A stretch of 64,000 nt of DNA from an uncultured Chloroflexia bacterium (lineage in GTDB: Bacteria > Chloroflexota > Limnocylindria > Limnocylindrales > CSP1-4). Positions 52,298-61,921 of the stretch are shown in pieces. The notes beneath the pieces were generated by a model that was given only the letters and a program-made list of their open reading frames with translations, was not told the origin of the DNA and did not search any database. Positions within the stretch are counted from its first letter, which is position 1, and every line of letters begins with the position of its first letter. The stretch is from NCBI GenBank assembly GCA_963776395.1, contig CAVZML010000005.1, positions 612,254-676,253 on the forward strand. Reading direction: 5' to 3'. Made by a program: the position numbers and the translations under genes.

Positions 52298-52783
52298 TCA
52301 GCCCTTCTTGAGGGCCTCGCGCAGCGACGCCTCGAACTCCTCGTCGACCGAGGTCTGGATCACCGTGCCGGAATACGGGCGGAGGGCTGCGACCAGGAGA
52401 CCGGCGTTGACCTGCTGGGTCACCATGAACAGCGCGGACTTGCCGGGCTCCAGGTCCGCCTTGACCTCCTCGACGAACTTGCCGTCGACGCCCTTGTGGG
52501 TGATCGCACCGATGCCCGCCCCGACGGCCGCCCCGACCGCCAGGCCGACGACCGGGAACAGGACGCCCGCGACGATCAGCCCGACCATGCCACCGATCCC
52601 GGCCCCGACCTCGGTGGCCGCGCTGGCCTCGTTCTTCACGTGCGCGGTGCCGTCGGCGTCGCGGGTCACGACCGCGGTGTCCTCGAAGTGGACCTTGCCC
52701 TCACCCTCGAGGCCGCGCAGCGCGTGCAGTGCCTGCGTCGCGGCCTCCTCGGTGTCGAACGAGAGGACGAACAGCTGGTTCAT
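52298..52783 (-). CDS. DUF1269-like membrane protein
   Basis: Gly-rich TM segment between two soluble halves. Confidence 0.45.
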   Translation of the reverse strand: MNQLFVLSFDTEEAATQALHALRGLEGEGKVHFEDTAVVTRDADGTAHVKNEASAATEVGAGIGGMVGLIVAGVLFPVVGLAVGAAVGAGIGAITHKGVDGKFVEEVKADLEPGKSALFMVTQQVNAGLLVAALRPYSGTVIQTSVDEEFEASLREALKKG

Positions 52784-53184
52784 GACGGCCTCCGGGCTGG
52801 CTGCAGGGCACGTATCTCGACGCCAATCCTAGCGCGGTCGGTGCTGGTCGCCGCAGGCCGAGCCGGCGACCGGGCGACAGGCATCCCCGCGGAAACGTAC
52901 GAGGCGGCTCCCGGAGGAGCCGCCTCGTTGCTGTCCCGGTGAAGGTGTCCACCTTGCAGTGGACCTTCTGCCATCGCGCCAGGATCATCTATCGCGTCGG
53001 CTGAACCGACTACCCTAACCCAACCTACCCATGAACCTGGTGCTGGGGCAGCTCTGGCTGACTTGCAGCGTCCATATCCTAGCGGGCTGGTGTGGATTTG
53101 GGAAGGGTTTTGTTTGCGAGTTTGATGTAAATCCCTTAATGGTTCTGAAACGTTCCGGCCGCGAGAGCCGGGCCGTCGCGCACC

Positions 53185-53673
53185 CTATGCCTCGTCGAGG
53201 ACGGTGACGGAGGTCATCGCCACGGGCGCGTCGGGGAGGTCCCGGCTGTTGCGCGGCGCGGTTGCGATCGCATCCACGACCTCGATGCCCCGGGTGACGG
53301 TCCCGAAGATCGTGTAGCTCTTCGGCAGCGCGTAATCGGCATGCATGATGAAGAACTGCGAGCCGTTGGTGTTCGGGCCGGAGTTCGCCATCGCGAGCGT
53401 GCCCCGGGTGTAGCTCCCGGTGAACTTCTCGTCGTCGAACCGGTAACCGGGACCGCCAGTCCCGACGCGGCCCCTGTCGAGCGTGGACTTCTTGCCGTAC
53501 TGGCCGTCGCCGCCCTGGATCATGAAGCCCGGGATGACGCGGTGGAAGATGACGTCGTCGTAGAAGCCCTGCTTGGCGAGCTTCACGAAGTTGGCGGCGG
53601 CCTTGGGCGCCCCCTGGGTGAACAGGTCGGCCTCGATCTGGCCGGCCTCGGTGGCGATGACGACTCGGGTCAT
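53185..53673 (-). CDS. peptidyl-prolyl cis-trans isomerase, cyclophilin type
   Basis: Cyclophilin text FHRVIPGFMIQGGD...GTLAMANSGPNTNGSQFFI. Confidence 0.9.
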   Translation of the reverse strand: MTRVVIATEAGQIEADLFTQGAPKAAANFVKLAKQGFYDDVIFHRVIPGFMIQGGDGQYGKKSTLDRGRVGTGGPGYRFDDEKFTGSYTRGTLAMANSGPNTNGSQFFIMHADYALPKSYTIFGTVTRGIEVVDAIATAPRNSRDLPDAPVAMTSVTVLDEA

Positions 53674-53704
53674 GGGCGGTCTCCTCGTGGGCTGGGACGA
53701 CGGG

Positions 53705-54425
53705 TTACGGGTTGGCGACGGTGACCTTGGTCATCACGACCGGGTCGATGGCGGCGTTGCTGGGCGGGCCGGAGTTCGGCATCGCCGCGATCTTGTCCAC
53801 GACGTCCATGCCGGACGTCACGTGGCCGAAGACCTGGTAGGTGGGATCGAGCTTGCCGCCCAGGTCGTCGAGCACGACGAAGAACTGCGAGTTGGCGCTG
53901 TCCGGCTTCGCCGTCTTCGCCATGGCGAGGGTGCCTCGGGTGTAGGGCACGGTGACGGGCTCGTCCTTGATGGTGTACGGAGGTCCGCCACCGCCGAGGA
54001 GGTCGGGGACGACGTCGGGCGACCGGCCGAACTGGCCGTCGCCGCCCTGGATGACGAAGCCCGGCACCAGGCGGTGGAACACGACGCCGTCGTAGTAGCC
54101 GCACTCGGCGAGGGCGACGAAGTTGCCGGCGGCGATCGGCGACAGGTCGGCCTCGACCTTGACGACGATGTCGCCCTGGTCGGTGCTGATGGTGACGTTG
54201 CGGGTCTCGCCGGCCGGGAGGGCCGCGGGCTGCGCCGTGGGGCAGCCGGGCGGATAGGTCGGCCCCGGGTGCGCCGGCGGAGTCGTCGGCGTCGTCGGCC
54301 GCGGCCCCGGCGCTGGGGATCGGCGGGAGCGTCGCTGCACCACCCGACGATGCGGAGCACGCGGCGAGCAGCACCGGCACGGCCAGCGCGGCGACGGAGA
54401 GGGCGAGGTGGCGGCGGAGCGTCAT
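53705..54425 (-). CDS. lipoprotein cyclophilin-type PPIase, apparent frameshift near 54250-54340
   Basis: Signal/lipobox MTLRRHLALSVAALAVPVLLAAC in ORF 53670..54704; cyclophilin domain (FHRLVPGFVIQGGD...) in ORF 53705..54343. Confidence 0.7.
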
Positions 54426-55135
54426 GCGGCGGCCTCCAGGGCGCGGGGGAAATCGATGGCCCCGGAGAGCAGTGGCTCCCCGAGGATGAGGCCGGTCAAG
54501 CCGGCGTCGCGCAGCCGGCTCACGCCGGCCAGGTCCGTGGCGCCGCCGGCGACGAGGATGTCGGCATCGTGGCGGCGGACGAGCGATTGCAGCAGGGCCG
54601 GGTCCGGCGTGGCTCCGCCGTGGCTGAGCACCAGCCGGTGGACACCCCGGGCGACCAGCTCCTCGACCAGGGTATCGAGGGTCGGCGGAACGGGTCGCCG
54701 CCACGGGTACGCGGCCATCCGCTCGGGACGCGGGTCGAGGCCGACGGCGAGCCAGTCACCGGCGACGGCGAGGCAGGCGGCGAGGGACTCCGGGCGATCC
54801 GCGATGGCCGCGGAGAGCACCACCCGGGTGGCCCCGGCGGCGAATGCCAGGCGGATGTGATCGGCCTCCTCCAGGCCCCCGGCCAGCTGGAGCGGGACTG
54901 CGATCCGCGCCGCCACCGCGCCCACGGCCTCCAGGTTGGCCGGGGCGGAGCGCTGCGCACCGTCGACATCCACGAGGTGGACGATACGCGCGCCCTGTGC
55001 CACGAACTGCTCGGCGATCCGGTCCGGGCGGTCGGTGGGCGTGCCGATGCCGGCCGAGGCGCCGGGCCAGTAGACGACCCGGGAGCGGCCCCTGACGATG
55101 TCGATCGCGGGGATCACGTCCACTGCGTCAGCCAT
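54422..55135 (-). CDS. HisA/HisF-family (beta/alpha)8-barrel protein (ProFAR-isomerase-like)
   Basis: IPAIDIVRGRSRVV... and Gly-rich phosphate-binding C-terminus; outside any his operon. Confidence 0.6.
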   Translation of the reverse strand: MADAVDVIPAIDIVRGRSRVVYWPGASAGIGTPTDRPDRIAEQFVAQGARIVHLVDVDGAQRSAPANLEAVGAVAARIAVPLQLAGGLEEADHIRLAFAAGATRVVLSAAIADRPESLAACLAVAGDWLAVGLDPRPERMAAYPWRRPVPPTLDTLVEELVARGVHRLVLSHGGATPDPALLQSLVRRHDADILVAGGATDLAGVSRLRDAGLTGLILGEPLLSGAIDFPRALEAAA

Positions 55136-56807
55136 CGCCCCGCAGGAGGCGGCGGTGGAACGCGATGGGCAGCGAGCCGTTGCGGAGCAGCGTGTCGTGG
55201 AACGCCCCCAGGGAGAACGCGCTGCCGCGCCGCCGCTGCTCCTCCTCGCGCAGGCCCAGGATCAGCACCTTGCCCAGCAGGTAGCTGAGCTGGTAGCCCG
55301 GGGTGTAGGTGTAGCGACGGACCTCCGCGCGGGCGTTCGCGGTCTCGAACGCGGTGTGCTCCACGAGGAAGTCCGTCGCCGCCTCGGGCGTCAGCTCGCC
55401 CCGGTGCATCCGGACGTCGAGGATGATCCGGCAGGCGCGCCAGACCGCGTCGGTGTACATGGCGGTGCGGAACGCCGGGCCCGCATCGAAGCCCTGCTCG
55501 CGCATCATCTGCTCGGAGTACATGCCCCAGCCCTCGACGAACTCGGGGGCGTCGGTGAGCATCCGGGTCAGGCTGGGGTGCTTCGCGGCAACCGCGAGCT
55601 GGAGGTGGTGGCCCGGGTAGGCCTCGTGGATGCTCGTGTTGGAGATCGAGGCGAAGTAGTGCTCGAGCATCGCGTTTCGGTCGTCGTCCACGGCGGGCGT
55701 CACGACGTACAGGCCGCGCTGGTCGGCATCGAAGCGGGCGGGCGCGAAGTAGGCCGCGAACGGCATCACGCTCCGCAGGTACTCGGGCGTGGCGATCACC
55801 GCGATGCTCTCGTCGTCGGGGATCGTTGCCAGCCCGTGCTCGATGAGATGGGCGCGGGACCGCGCCATGGCGTCCCGGTAGCCGTCGAGCGCCTCCTCGA
55901 ACGTCGCCGGGTGGTCGTGCTTGAGCCGCTCGATGACCGTCGCCACGTCCGCGCCCGGGTCCAGCTCCCGGGCGGCCGCACGGCGCGCGTCCAGGTTGGC
56001 GTGCAGCTGCGCGTGCCCGATCTCTAGGATGGCGTCCGCGTCCAGGTCCCCGAACGCCCGCAGGCGGACCATCTCGTCGTAGCGCTCGGTGCCCAGGGGC
56101 CAGTCGTCCGCGCCGTGCTCGAGGGTCTCCCGGATCCAGGCTCCGTGCTCCTCCAGCGCAACGTCTGCGGACTCGATCGCGCGGTCCAGCCGGGCGAGCG
56201 CGCGATCCTCGAGCACCGGCGCCGCGGCCGCCCGGACCTCCGCGAACAGCGACGGGAGGTCGGCGGCGAAGCGCGCCTCGGTCTGCTGCCAGGTCGCGAC
56301 CTGGGCGCCCTGGGCCCGCGTCCGCGACGCCAGGAGGTAGGCAGGCGCGGCCTCGAGGCGGTCGGTGATCCGGGCCAGGCGCTCGGCCAGGGGCGCCGCT
56401 CCGCGGGCGAACAGCAGGAACACCGCGTCGCCCAGGTCGCCGGCGGCGGTGGCCCGGCGCTCCCAGCGCCGCACGACGTCGCTCTCGAAGAGCCCGAGGC
56501 GCACGTTGTGCAGCTCGAGGTCACGCTCGAACCGGGCCTCACCGGACAGGCCGGCCGGGTCCAGCGCCTCCAGGGCACCGAGGTGAGAGCGCTCGGCGGC
56601 AATCTCTCCCAGGGCGGCCTCCCTGCTCGCGTCGCCGAGCAGATGGTCGTGCTCGTGGATCCCAAGGCCGGTCGCGAGGATCGGGTTGTCCGCCATCAGG
56701 CGGCGGACGCGAGCCTCGACGAGGTCGTACAGGGGCTCGTCGAGCGGCCCGGCGTCTGCGGCCGGCGCCGGTCGCGGGAGGTCCTGGCGGGTGACGGTGT
56801 GGCTCAT
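55128..56807 (-). CDS. DUF885-family protein (putative metallopeptidase-like)
   Basis: 559-aa ORF with HEAYPGHHLQ motif typical of DUF885. Confidence 0.55.
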   Translation of the reverse strand: MSHTVTRQDLPRPAPAADAGPLDEPLYDLVEARVRRLMADNPILATGLGIHEHDHLLGDASREAALGEIAAERSHLGALEALDPAGLSGEARFERDLELHNVRLGLFESDVVRRWERRATAAGDLGDAVFLLFARGAAPLAERLARITDRLEAAPAYLLASRTRAQGAQVATWQQTEARFAADLPSLFAEVRAAAAPVLEDRALARLDRAIESADVALEEHGAWIRETLEHGADDWPLGTERYDEMVRLRAFGDLDADAILEIGHAQLHANLDARRAAARELDPGADVATVIERLKHDHPATFEEALDGYRDAMARSRAHLIEHGLATIPDDESIAVIATPEYLRSVMPFAAYFAPARFDADQRGLYVVTPAVDDDRNAMLEHYFASISNTSIHEAYPGHHLQLAVAAKHPSLTRMLTDAPEFVEGWGMYSEQMMREQGFDAGPAFRTAMYTDAVWRACRIILDVRMHRGELTPEAATDFLVEHTAFETANARAEVRRYTYTPGYQLSYLLGKVLILGLREEEQRRRGSAFSLGAFHDTLLRNGSLPIAFHRRLLRGDG

Positions 56808-56872
56808 CGTTCCTCCGGCGCCCGCGGGGTGGGGCGGGGCGCCCGTGACGGGTCCGGGGGCGCCGATCGCGG

Positions 56873-57995
56873 TCAGACCGCGCTCGCGGCGACGCCGCCG
56901 GCAGGGATCGGGGCCAGGTCTCGCAGCACGTCCGCGACGGTCGCGACCAACCGGTCCACGTCGGCGGCGGAGACCCCGAAGTGGGTCACGGCACGGATCT
57001 GGCCGTGCGCGTACGGGACGAGCAGCACCCCGCGCGCCTCCAGGGCGGCGAGGAAGGCGGCGCGATGACGGTCCACTCGGAACAGCACGAAGTTGGTCAG
57101 GAACCTGCCCGGGTCCAGCGGCCCGTCGTCAGGCTGCGCCATGCCCCCGGGGCTGCGCACGCCGGTCAGCTCCGCGAGGCCCTCCGCCAGGCGTCGGGCG
57201 TTCGCGTGGTCCTCGGCGAGGCGGTCGATCATCCCGGCCTCGCCTTCCTGCAGGGCCACGAGGCCGGCGGCGGCGAGCACGCCCACCTGGCGCATGCCGC
57301 CCCCGACGAGCTTCCGGGCGCGGCGGGCGCGGTCGATGAACGCGGCGGGGCCGACCACGACCGATCCGATCGGCGCCGAGAGGCCCTTGGAGAGGCAGAA
57401 CGTGACGCTATCCGCCGGCGCGGCGAGATCGGTGGGGGCGATGCCCAGCGCCACGCACGCGTTGAAGAACCGGGCGCCGTCGACGTGGAGGGGAACGCCT
57501 CGCTCGTGCGCGATGGCCGCGACCGTCGCGCGTGTACTCGAGCGTCAGCGGCCGTCCGCCCGAGTGGGCGTGGGTGTTCTCCAGGACGACCAGGGCCGTC
57601 GGCGGCTCGTGGTAGTCGGTGGGGTCCCGGAACGCCTCCGCGATCTCCGCCGGGTCCATGGTCCCGTCGGCACGCTCCGCCAGGGGGCGGATCGTGGCTC
57701 CGGCGATGACCGCGTGCCCGCCGGCCTCGTCCATGACGGTGTGGGTGGAGGCGCCGGCGATGGCCTCGTGGCCGCGCGGCACGTGGGCGAGGAGGGCGAC
57801 CAGGTTGCCCATCGTGCCACTGGCGACGAAGAGACCCGCCTCCTTGCCGAGGAGCGCGGCCGCTCGCGCCTCGAGGGCGTTGACTGTCGGGTCGTCACCG
57901 AAGACGTCGTCGCCGACCTCGGCGGCCGCCATCGCGCGGCGCATGGCGTCGGTGGGCCGGGTGACGGTGTCGGAGCGCAGGTCGAGGCGGGCCAT
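56873..57995 (-). CDS. low-specificity L-threonine aldolase (PLP-dependent), apparent frameshift near 57520
   Basis: N-terminal part [15 protein letters not shown]...[11 protein letters not shown] in ORF 57408..58292; C-terminal part ...[17 protein letters not shown] (PLP Lys) in ORF 56873..57454. Confidence 0.7.
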
Positions 57996-58128
57996 GGCCG
58001 CCGAGCATAGCGCGGGTCTCGCGCACGGGTGGAAATCACGCACGGGCGGGAAATCGCGTCGCGCGGGTCGGTATGATCGGAGAGTGCGGCGCCCGGCCCA
58101 GTCGATGGCGCGCTCAAGGAGGAGAGGG

Positions 58129-58767
58129 ATGCAGTTCATCGTCGCAGCCATAGCCGTCGTGATCGGCCTGGCGTTCACCTTCGGCGGATGGCGCTTCTTC
58201 CTGCTGCTGCTTCCGTTCTGGGGGCTGCTGGTGGGTTTCAACGTCGGGACCGACGCGGTCACGGCGCTGTTCGGGGACGGCACGTTTGCCACGCTGACGA
58301 GCTGGGTGGTCGGCCTCGTCTTCGCCGTGGCCTTCGCCCTGTTGTCCTACCTCTACTACTACGCTGCGATCGCGCTGCTCGGCGGAGCCGTCGGCTACGC
58401 GATCGGCACAAGCCTGTGGGGGATCATCGGCAACGAGTACGGCCTGATCGCGTTCGTGATCGGGATCGCGTGCGCCGTCATCCTGGCCATCGCGATCCTC
58501 GCCCTCAACGTGCCGCGGCTCCTGGTCATCGTCCTGACCGGCCTCGGCGGGGCGGCGGTCATCCTCGCCGGCTGGTTCATCCTGATCGGCCAGATCCCGG
58601 TGGACACCATCCACTGGACCCAGGTCGGGGCGCTGATCCGGGACAGCTGGTTCTACCTCATCGTCTGGGGCGTCATCGCTGCCGCGGGCATGCTCGCCCA
58701 GCTGGCGCTCCCGCCGATCGGTCCGGACTCGTACGAGCTGGATCGCACGTCCTACCGCTACGGCTGA
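58129..58767 (+). CDS. DUF4203-like integral membrane protein
   Basis: 212 aa, about six TM helices; starts at [13 protein letters not shown]. Confidence 0.45.
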   Translation: MQFIVAAIAVVIGLAFTFGGWRFFLLLLPFWGLLVGFNVGTDAVTALFGDGTFATLTSWVVGLVFAVAFALLSYLYYYAAIALLGGAVGYAIGTSLWGIIGNEYGLIAFVIGIACAVILAIAILALNVPRLLVIVLTGLGGAAVILAGWFILIGQIPVDTIHWTQVGALIRDSWFYLIVWGVIAAAGMLAQLALPPIGPDSYELDRTSYRYG

Positions 58768-58845
58768 ACCAGGGGGGAGCCCAGCCCCCTGTTCTTGAAG
58801 GCGCCTGTTCGTGAGGGCGCCCTGCGCGTCAAGGAGCCCCGGAGG

Positions 58846-60066
58846 TCAGGCCTTCGGGGCTCCGTCGTTCCCGGCCGGAGCGGCGGGATCCGCCGGTGCG
58901 GCGGGATCAGCCGGTGCGGCGGGATCAGCCGGTGCGGAGCCTCCAGCCGGGGTGCCGGCGCCCGCGTCCAGGTCGCGCGCGCTCAGGAGCCTCGGGAACA
59001 CGTCGCCCGCACCGAGCGACACGACCGCCCGGGTGTTGCCGGCGAGCTGCTCCGCGACCCGAAGCTGCGCCGACTCGAAGTCGTAACGAGCCGCGCTCGG
59101 GTTGGCCAGGATCCGCTCCTCCATCTTCGTCAGGCGGAGGGCCTCGGCCGCGGCCTCGTTTTCCACCGCGGCGATCCGGGACTCGGCCTCCTGGGCGATC
59201 AGGGCGGCCTGGTCGGCGATCTTGCGCCGGTCGAGCGCGTAGGTCTCGGCCTGCTCGGCCAGCTGGAGCGACGCCAGGCGGCGTGCCTCCAGGGAGTCGG
59301 TGAGCGCGACCGGCAGGGTGACGCGGGTGAAGGCGACGTTGCTGACCGTGATCCCGTAGGCAATGAGCTTGGGGTCGATGACCTGCCGCAGGCCGTCCGA
59401 CTGCGTCGCGCCGAGATCGAGCGCCGACATTGCCTCGATGCCGCGGACGAGCGTGCGCACGGCGTCCTGGCAGGCGGCCTGGATGAACTGGTCCGCGTCG
59501 CCGGGCGTGATGGCGTAGGAGAACCTCACGGGGTCGGAGATCTTCAGCGTGAGGAGCACGTCCACGGCCACCCCGACGCCGTCCGCGGAGCGACTCTCGT
59601 TCACCGGCACGTCGAAGGCGAACTCGCGCTCTGTGACCAGGTGCGACAGGGCGAGCAGTGGGCTGACCCGGTGGTTCCCAGCAGGGAAGACGCGGTCATG
59701 GCGGCCTGCCTTCGTGATGAGGCCCACGGAACCCGGCGGGACGCGGATGAAGAGCCGCGAGATGATGCCGGCGAGCAGCGCGACGACCGCCGCCACGATG
59801 ACGATGGCCCGCAGGGCGGCGGCGAGGGGCAGGAACAGGCCGGATGCAGCCAGCCCGATCGCGACGAGCAGCCAGACGGGGTTGATCGGCGGCTGGCGGT
59901 GGATCCTGACGAGGACCGGGACGCGGCCGTAAGAGTCGCGGCGTTCGATGGCGTCGGCGGCGTCGAGCGGGGTGGCCTCCGCCTCCGTGATCTGGATGTA
60001 GGCCTGGGCCAGCGCCGAGGCCTCCTGGGCCACCGTCTCGGACTGGCGGCCAAGATCGTCGCTCAC
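58846..60066 (-). CDS. SPFH/band-7 (stomatin/prohibitin-like) domain protein with C-terminal (PADPAA)3 repeat
   Basis: N-terminal TM, SPFH core, coiled-coil region; 18-nt tandem repeats at the 3' end. Confidence 0.65.
   Translation of the reverse strand: MSDDLGRQSETVAQEASALAQAYIQITEAEATPLDAADAIERRDSYGRVPVLVRIHRQPPINPVWLLVAIGLAASGLFLPLAAALRAIVIVAAVVALLAGIISRLFIRVPPGSVGLITKAGRHDRVFPAGNHRVSPLLALSHLVTEREFAFDVPVNESRSADGVGVAVDVLLTLKISDPVRFSYAITPGDADQFIQAACQDAVRTLVRGIEAMSALDLGATQSDGLRQVIDPKLIAYGITVSNVAFTRVTLPVALTDSLEARRLASLQLAEQAETYALDRRKIADQAALIAQEAESRIAAVENEAAAEALRLTKMEERILANPSAARYDFESAQLRVAEQLAGNTRAVVSLGAGDVFPRLLSARDLDAGAGTPAGGSAPADPAAPADPAAPADPAAPAGNDGAPKA
58878..58935 (-). repeat. three tandem 18-bp repeats (ccggtgcggcgggatcag) encoding the PADPAA units
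   Basis: Direct reading. Confidence 0.8.
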
Positions 60067-61514
60067 GGCTGGGTGCTCCTCTGGGTGACGGTGGTCGGGC
60101 GGCCCCCGGGCCTGGGCTGGAGGTTGGCGTAGACCGCGGGGACGGGTCTCGATGCGACGGCCGCGCGGGCAACCCGGACGGGCGTGGTGGGGGCCGTCCT
60201 GGCGGGAGCGGCGGGGGACGTCCTGGCGGGAGGGGCGGCTTGGATGGCGGCTCCGGCGGCGGCTACCCGGGCAGGCGCGGGAGCCCGGTAGACGGTGGGA
60301 ACGGCTGCCGCGCCGGCGCCGGGACCGGCCCTGCTGTTCACGGTCTCACCGGGCAGGACGCCGGCTGGTCCGGGCGGGTCCGAGAGGCGCGCGTTCGCGT
60401 ACCGGACGAGGTCGCGCACGATGGCGACCATCGGCGCCGCCGCGAAGAGCCAGATCATGCCGAACTGGCTGAGAACCACGATCGCCGGGAAAAGGATGCC
60501 CGGATGGACGTCGAGGACGCCGCGGCTGAGGCGGTCCTCGAGGAGCATCGACGCCCCCTTCACGGACCCGATGTAGATCGCGGCCAATACGAGCGCGCTC
60601 ACAGGCCCACCGATCGCGAGCGGGATCAGGAGCACCACGAAGCCGAGCAGGTAGCCGATCTCCGGGATCAGCTGCAGCGCGCCCAGCAGCACCCCCGCGG
60701 CGACCGCGTAGGTGCCGTCGCCAACGCCCAGCTGGTTTGCCACGGACACGCCGGCATACACGAAGATCCCGGTCACCAGTGCGAGGAGCGTCCTCACCCG
60801 GAGGAAGGTCGATGCGACCCGATCCGCGATCCGGAACAGGGCCGCGACATCCGCCCTGACGGCCTCCGGGAACATGCGTGCGCCGCGCCTCTTGATGGTC
60901 CGCTCGTCCGCGACGAGCGTGAGGATCCAGGCCGGGATCACGAGCAGGCCGAGGAGGTTGCTGAGCGTCCCGAAGACGCCAAGCAGCTGGCCGGTGACCG
61001 CACCAGCGGCCTCGTTCACGAGGTTGTGGAGGACCCCCTGGAGGTTCGCGGCGGTCTGGGTGAGGACCGCGAGCGCGATGGATCGCATCGGCTCCGGGAT
61101 CGCGCCGATCTGGTCCTGGAGCGTGGACACCCAGGCCCGCACCTGCACCGGATCGGGCAGCTTCCCGGCCACGATGCCCAGCCCGGAGAGCAGCGGCGGG
61201 ACCACGACCGCCACAACGCCGCCCAGGATCGCCAGCGCCAACAGCTCCGCGAGGAGTGCCGCCAGCCACCGCGGCATGTACCGGTCCAGCCGGTTCGCGA
61301 TCGGCAGGACGGCATAGGCGAGGACGGCCCCCACGACGAACGGCAGCAGGGCCGGCCACGACGCGATGGCGAGCCGGGTCGACACCGCGATCAGCGCGAT
61401 GCCGATGGCGGCCTTGCCGAGCGCCTCCGGGCGGACCGTCCGCAGGCGGTCCGCGAGGACGTGCCAGCGCTCGCGCGCGCGTGTCCGTGCCGCGGGACTT
61501 GCGCTGAGCGTCAT
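60063..61514 (-). CDS. AI-2E family transporter (PerM/YdiK-like)
   Basis: Start at MTLSASPAARTR; multi-TM with AI-2E pattern; Ala/Pro-rich C-terminal tail; ATGA-type overlap with the SPFH gene. Confidence 0.65.
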   Translation of the reverse strand: MTLSASPAARTRARERWHVLADRLRTVRPEALGKAAIGIALIAVSTRLAIASWPALLPFVVGAVLAYAVLPIANRLDRYMPRWLAALLAELLALAILGGVVAVVVPPLLSGLGIVAGKLPDPVQVRAWVSTLQDQIGAIPEPMRSIALAVLTQTAANLQGVLHNLVNEAAGAVTGQLLGVFGTLSNLLGLLVIPAWILTLVADERTIKRRGARMFPEAVRADVAALFRIADRVASTFLRVRTLLALVTGIFVYAGVSVANQLGVGDGTYAVAAGVLLGALQLIPEIGYLLGFVVLLIPLAIGGPVSALVLAAIYIGSVKGASMLLEDRLSRGVLDVHPGILFPAIVVLSQFGMIWLFAAAPMVAIVRDLVRYANARLSDPPGPAGVLPGETVNSRAGPGAGAAAVPTVYRAPAPARVAAAGAAIQAAPPARTSPAAPARTAPTTPVRVARAAVASRPVPAVYANLQPRPGGRPTTVTQRSTQP

Positions 61515-61757
61515 CGATTGGCCTCCCCGTGCGTTGGTCAGGCGGCCGCGGCAACGTCCGCGTCCGACGGGAGATCCGGGCCGCGCGGCCGAGGAACATC
61601 CGGGTGGATGCCGGAGATGATAGGTCCCATCCGACGGGCGGTCACGAGCCCTCCGCACGCCGAGGCCGCGGTGGCCGGCAGGTGCCGGGCCAGGACGGGC
61701 CGGTTGCCGGCGCCAGGACACGCGCTGGCGACCGCCCGAGGTTCCCTGATATCATCC

Positions 61758-61836
61758 GCCACCGGCCGCGGACCCGTGGTGTAGCGGCCCAACATGCCAG
61801 CCTGTCACGCTGGAGATCGCCGGTTCGAATCCGGTC
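61758..61836 (+). tRNA. tRNA-Asp (anticodon GUC)
   Basis: GCGGACCCGTGGTGTAGCGGCCCAACATGCCAGCCTGTCACGCTGGAGATCGCCGGTTCGAATCCGGTCGGGTCCGCCA; anticodon loop CUGUCAC. Confidence 0.85.
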
Positions 61837-61867
61837 GGGTCCGCCATCCTCCTTCAATTCTTCCCAC

Positions 61868-61897
61868 GCCCCGTCCGCCCGCCCGGACGGGGCGTTC
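61868..61897 (+). terminator. GC-rich hairpin GCCCCGTCCG-cccgcc-CGGACGGGGC downstream of tRNA-Asp
   Basis: Direct reading; weak U-tract (ttcctc). Confidence 0.45.
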
Positions 61898-61921
61898 CTC
61901 GTGCGCGGGTATAGTGCCGCC

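Noticed and set aside
58878-58935. Short direct repeats considered as a possible CRISPR array
   Set aside because: There are only three 18-bp units with no spacers, and they lie inside a coding sequence where they encode PADPAA. They are not CRISPR-like.
58795-60132. 445-aa plus-strand ORF
   Set aside because: It is antisense to the SPFH gene.
60240-61784. 514-aa plus-strand ORF
   Set aside because: It is antisense to the AI-2E transporter gene and Arg/Asp/Glu/Gly low-complexity.
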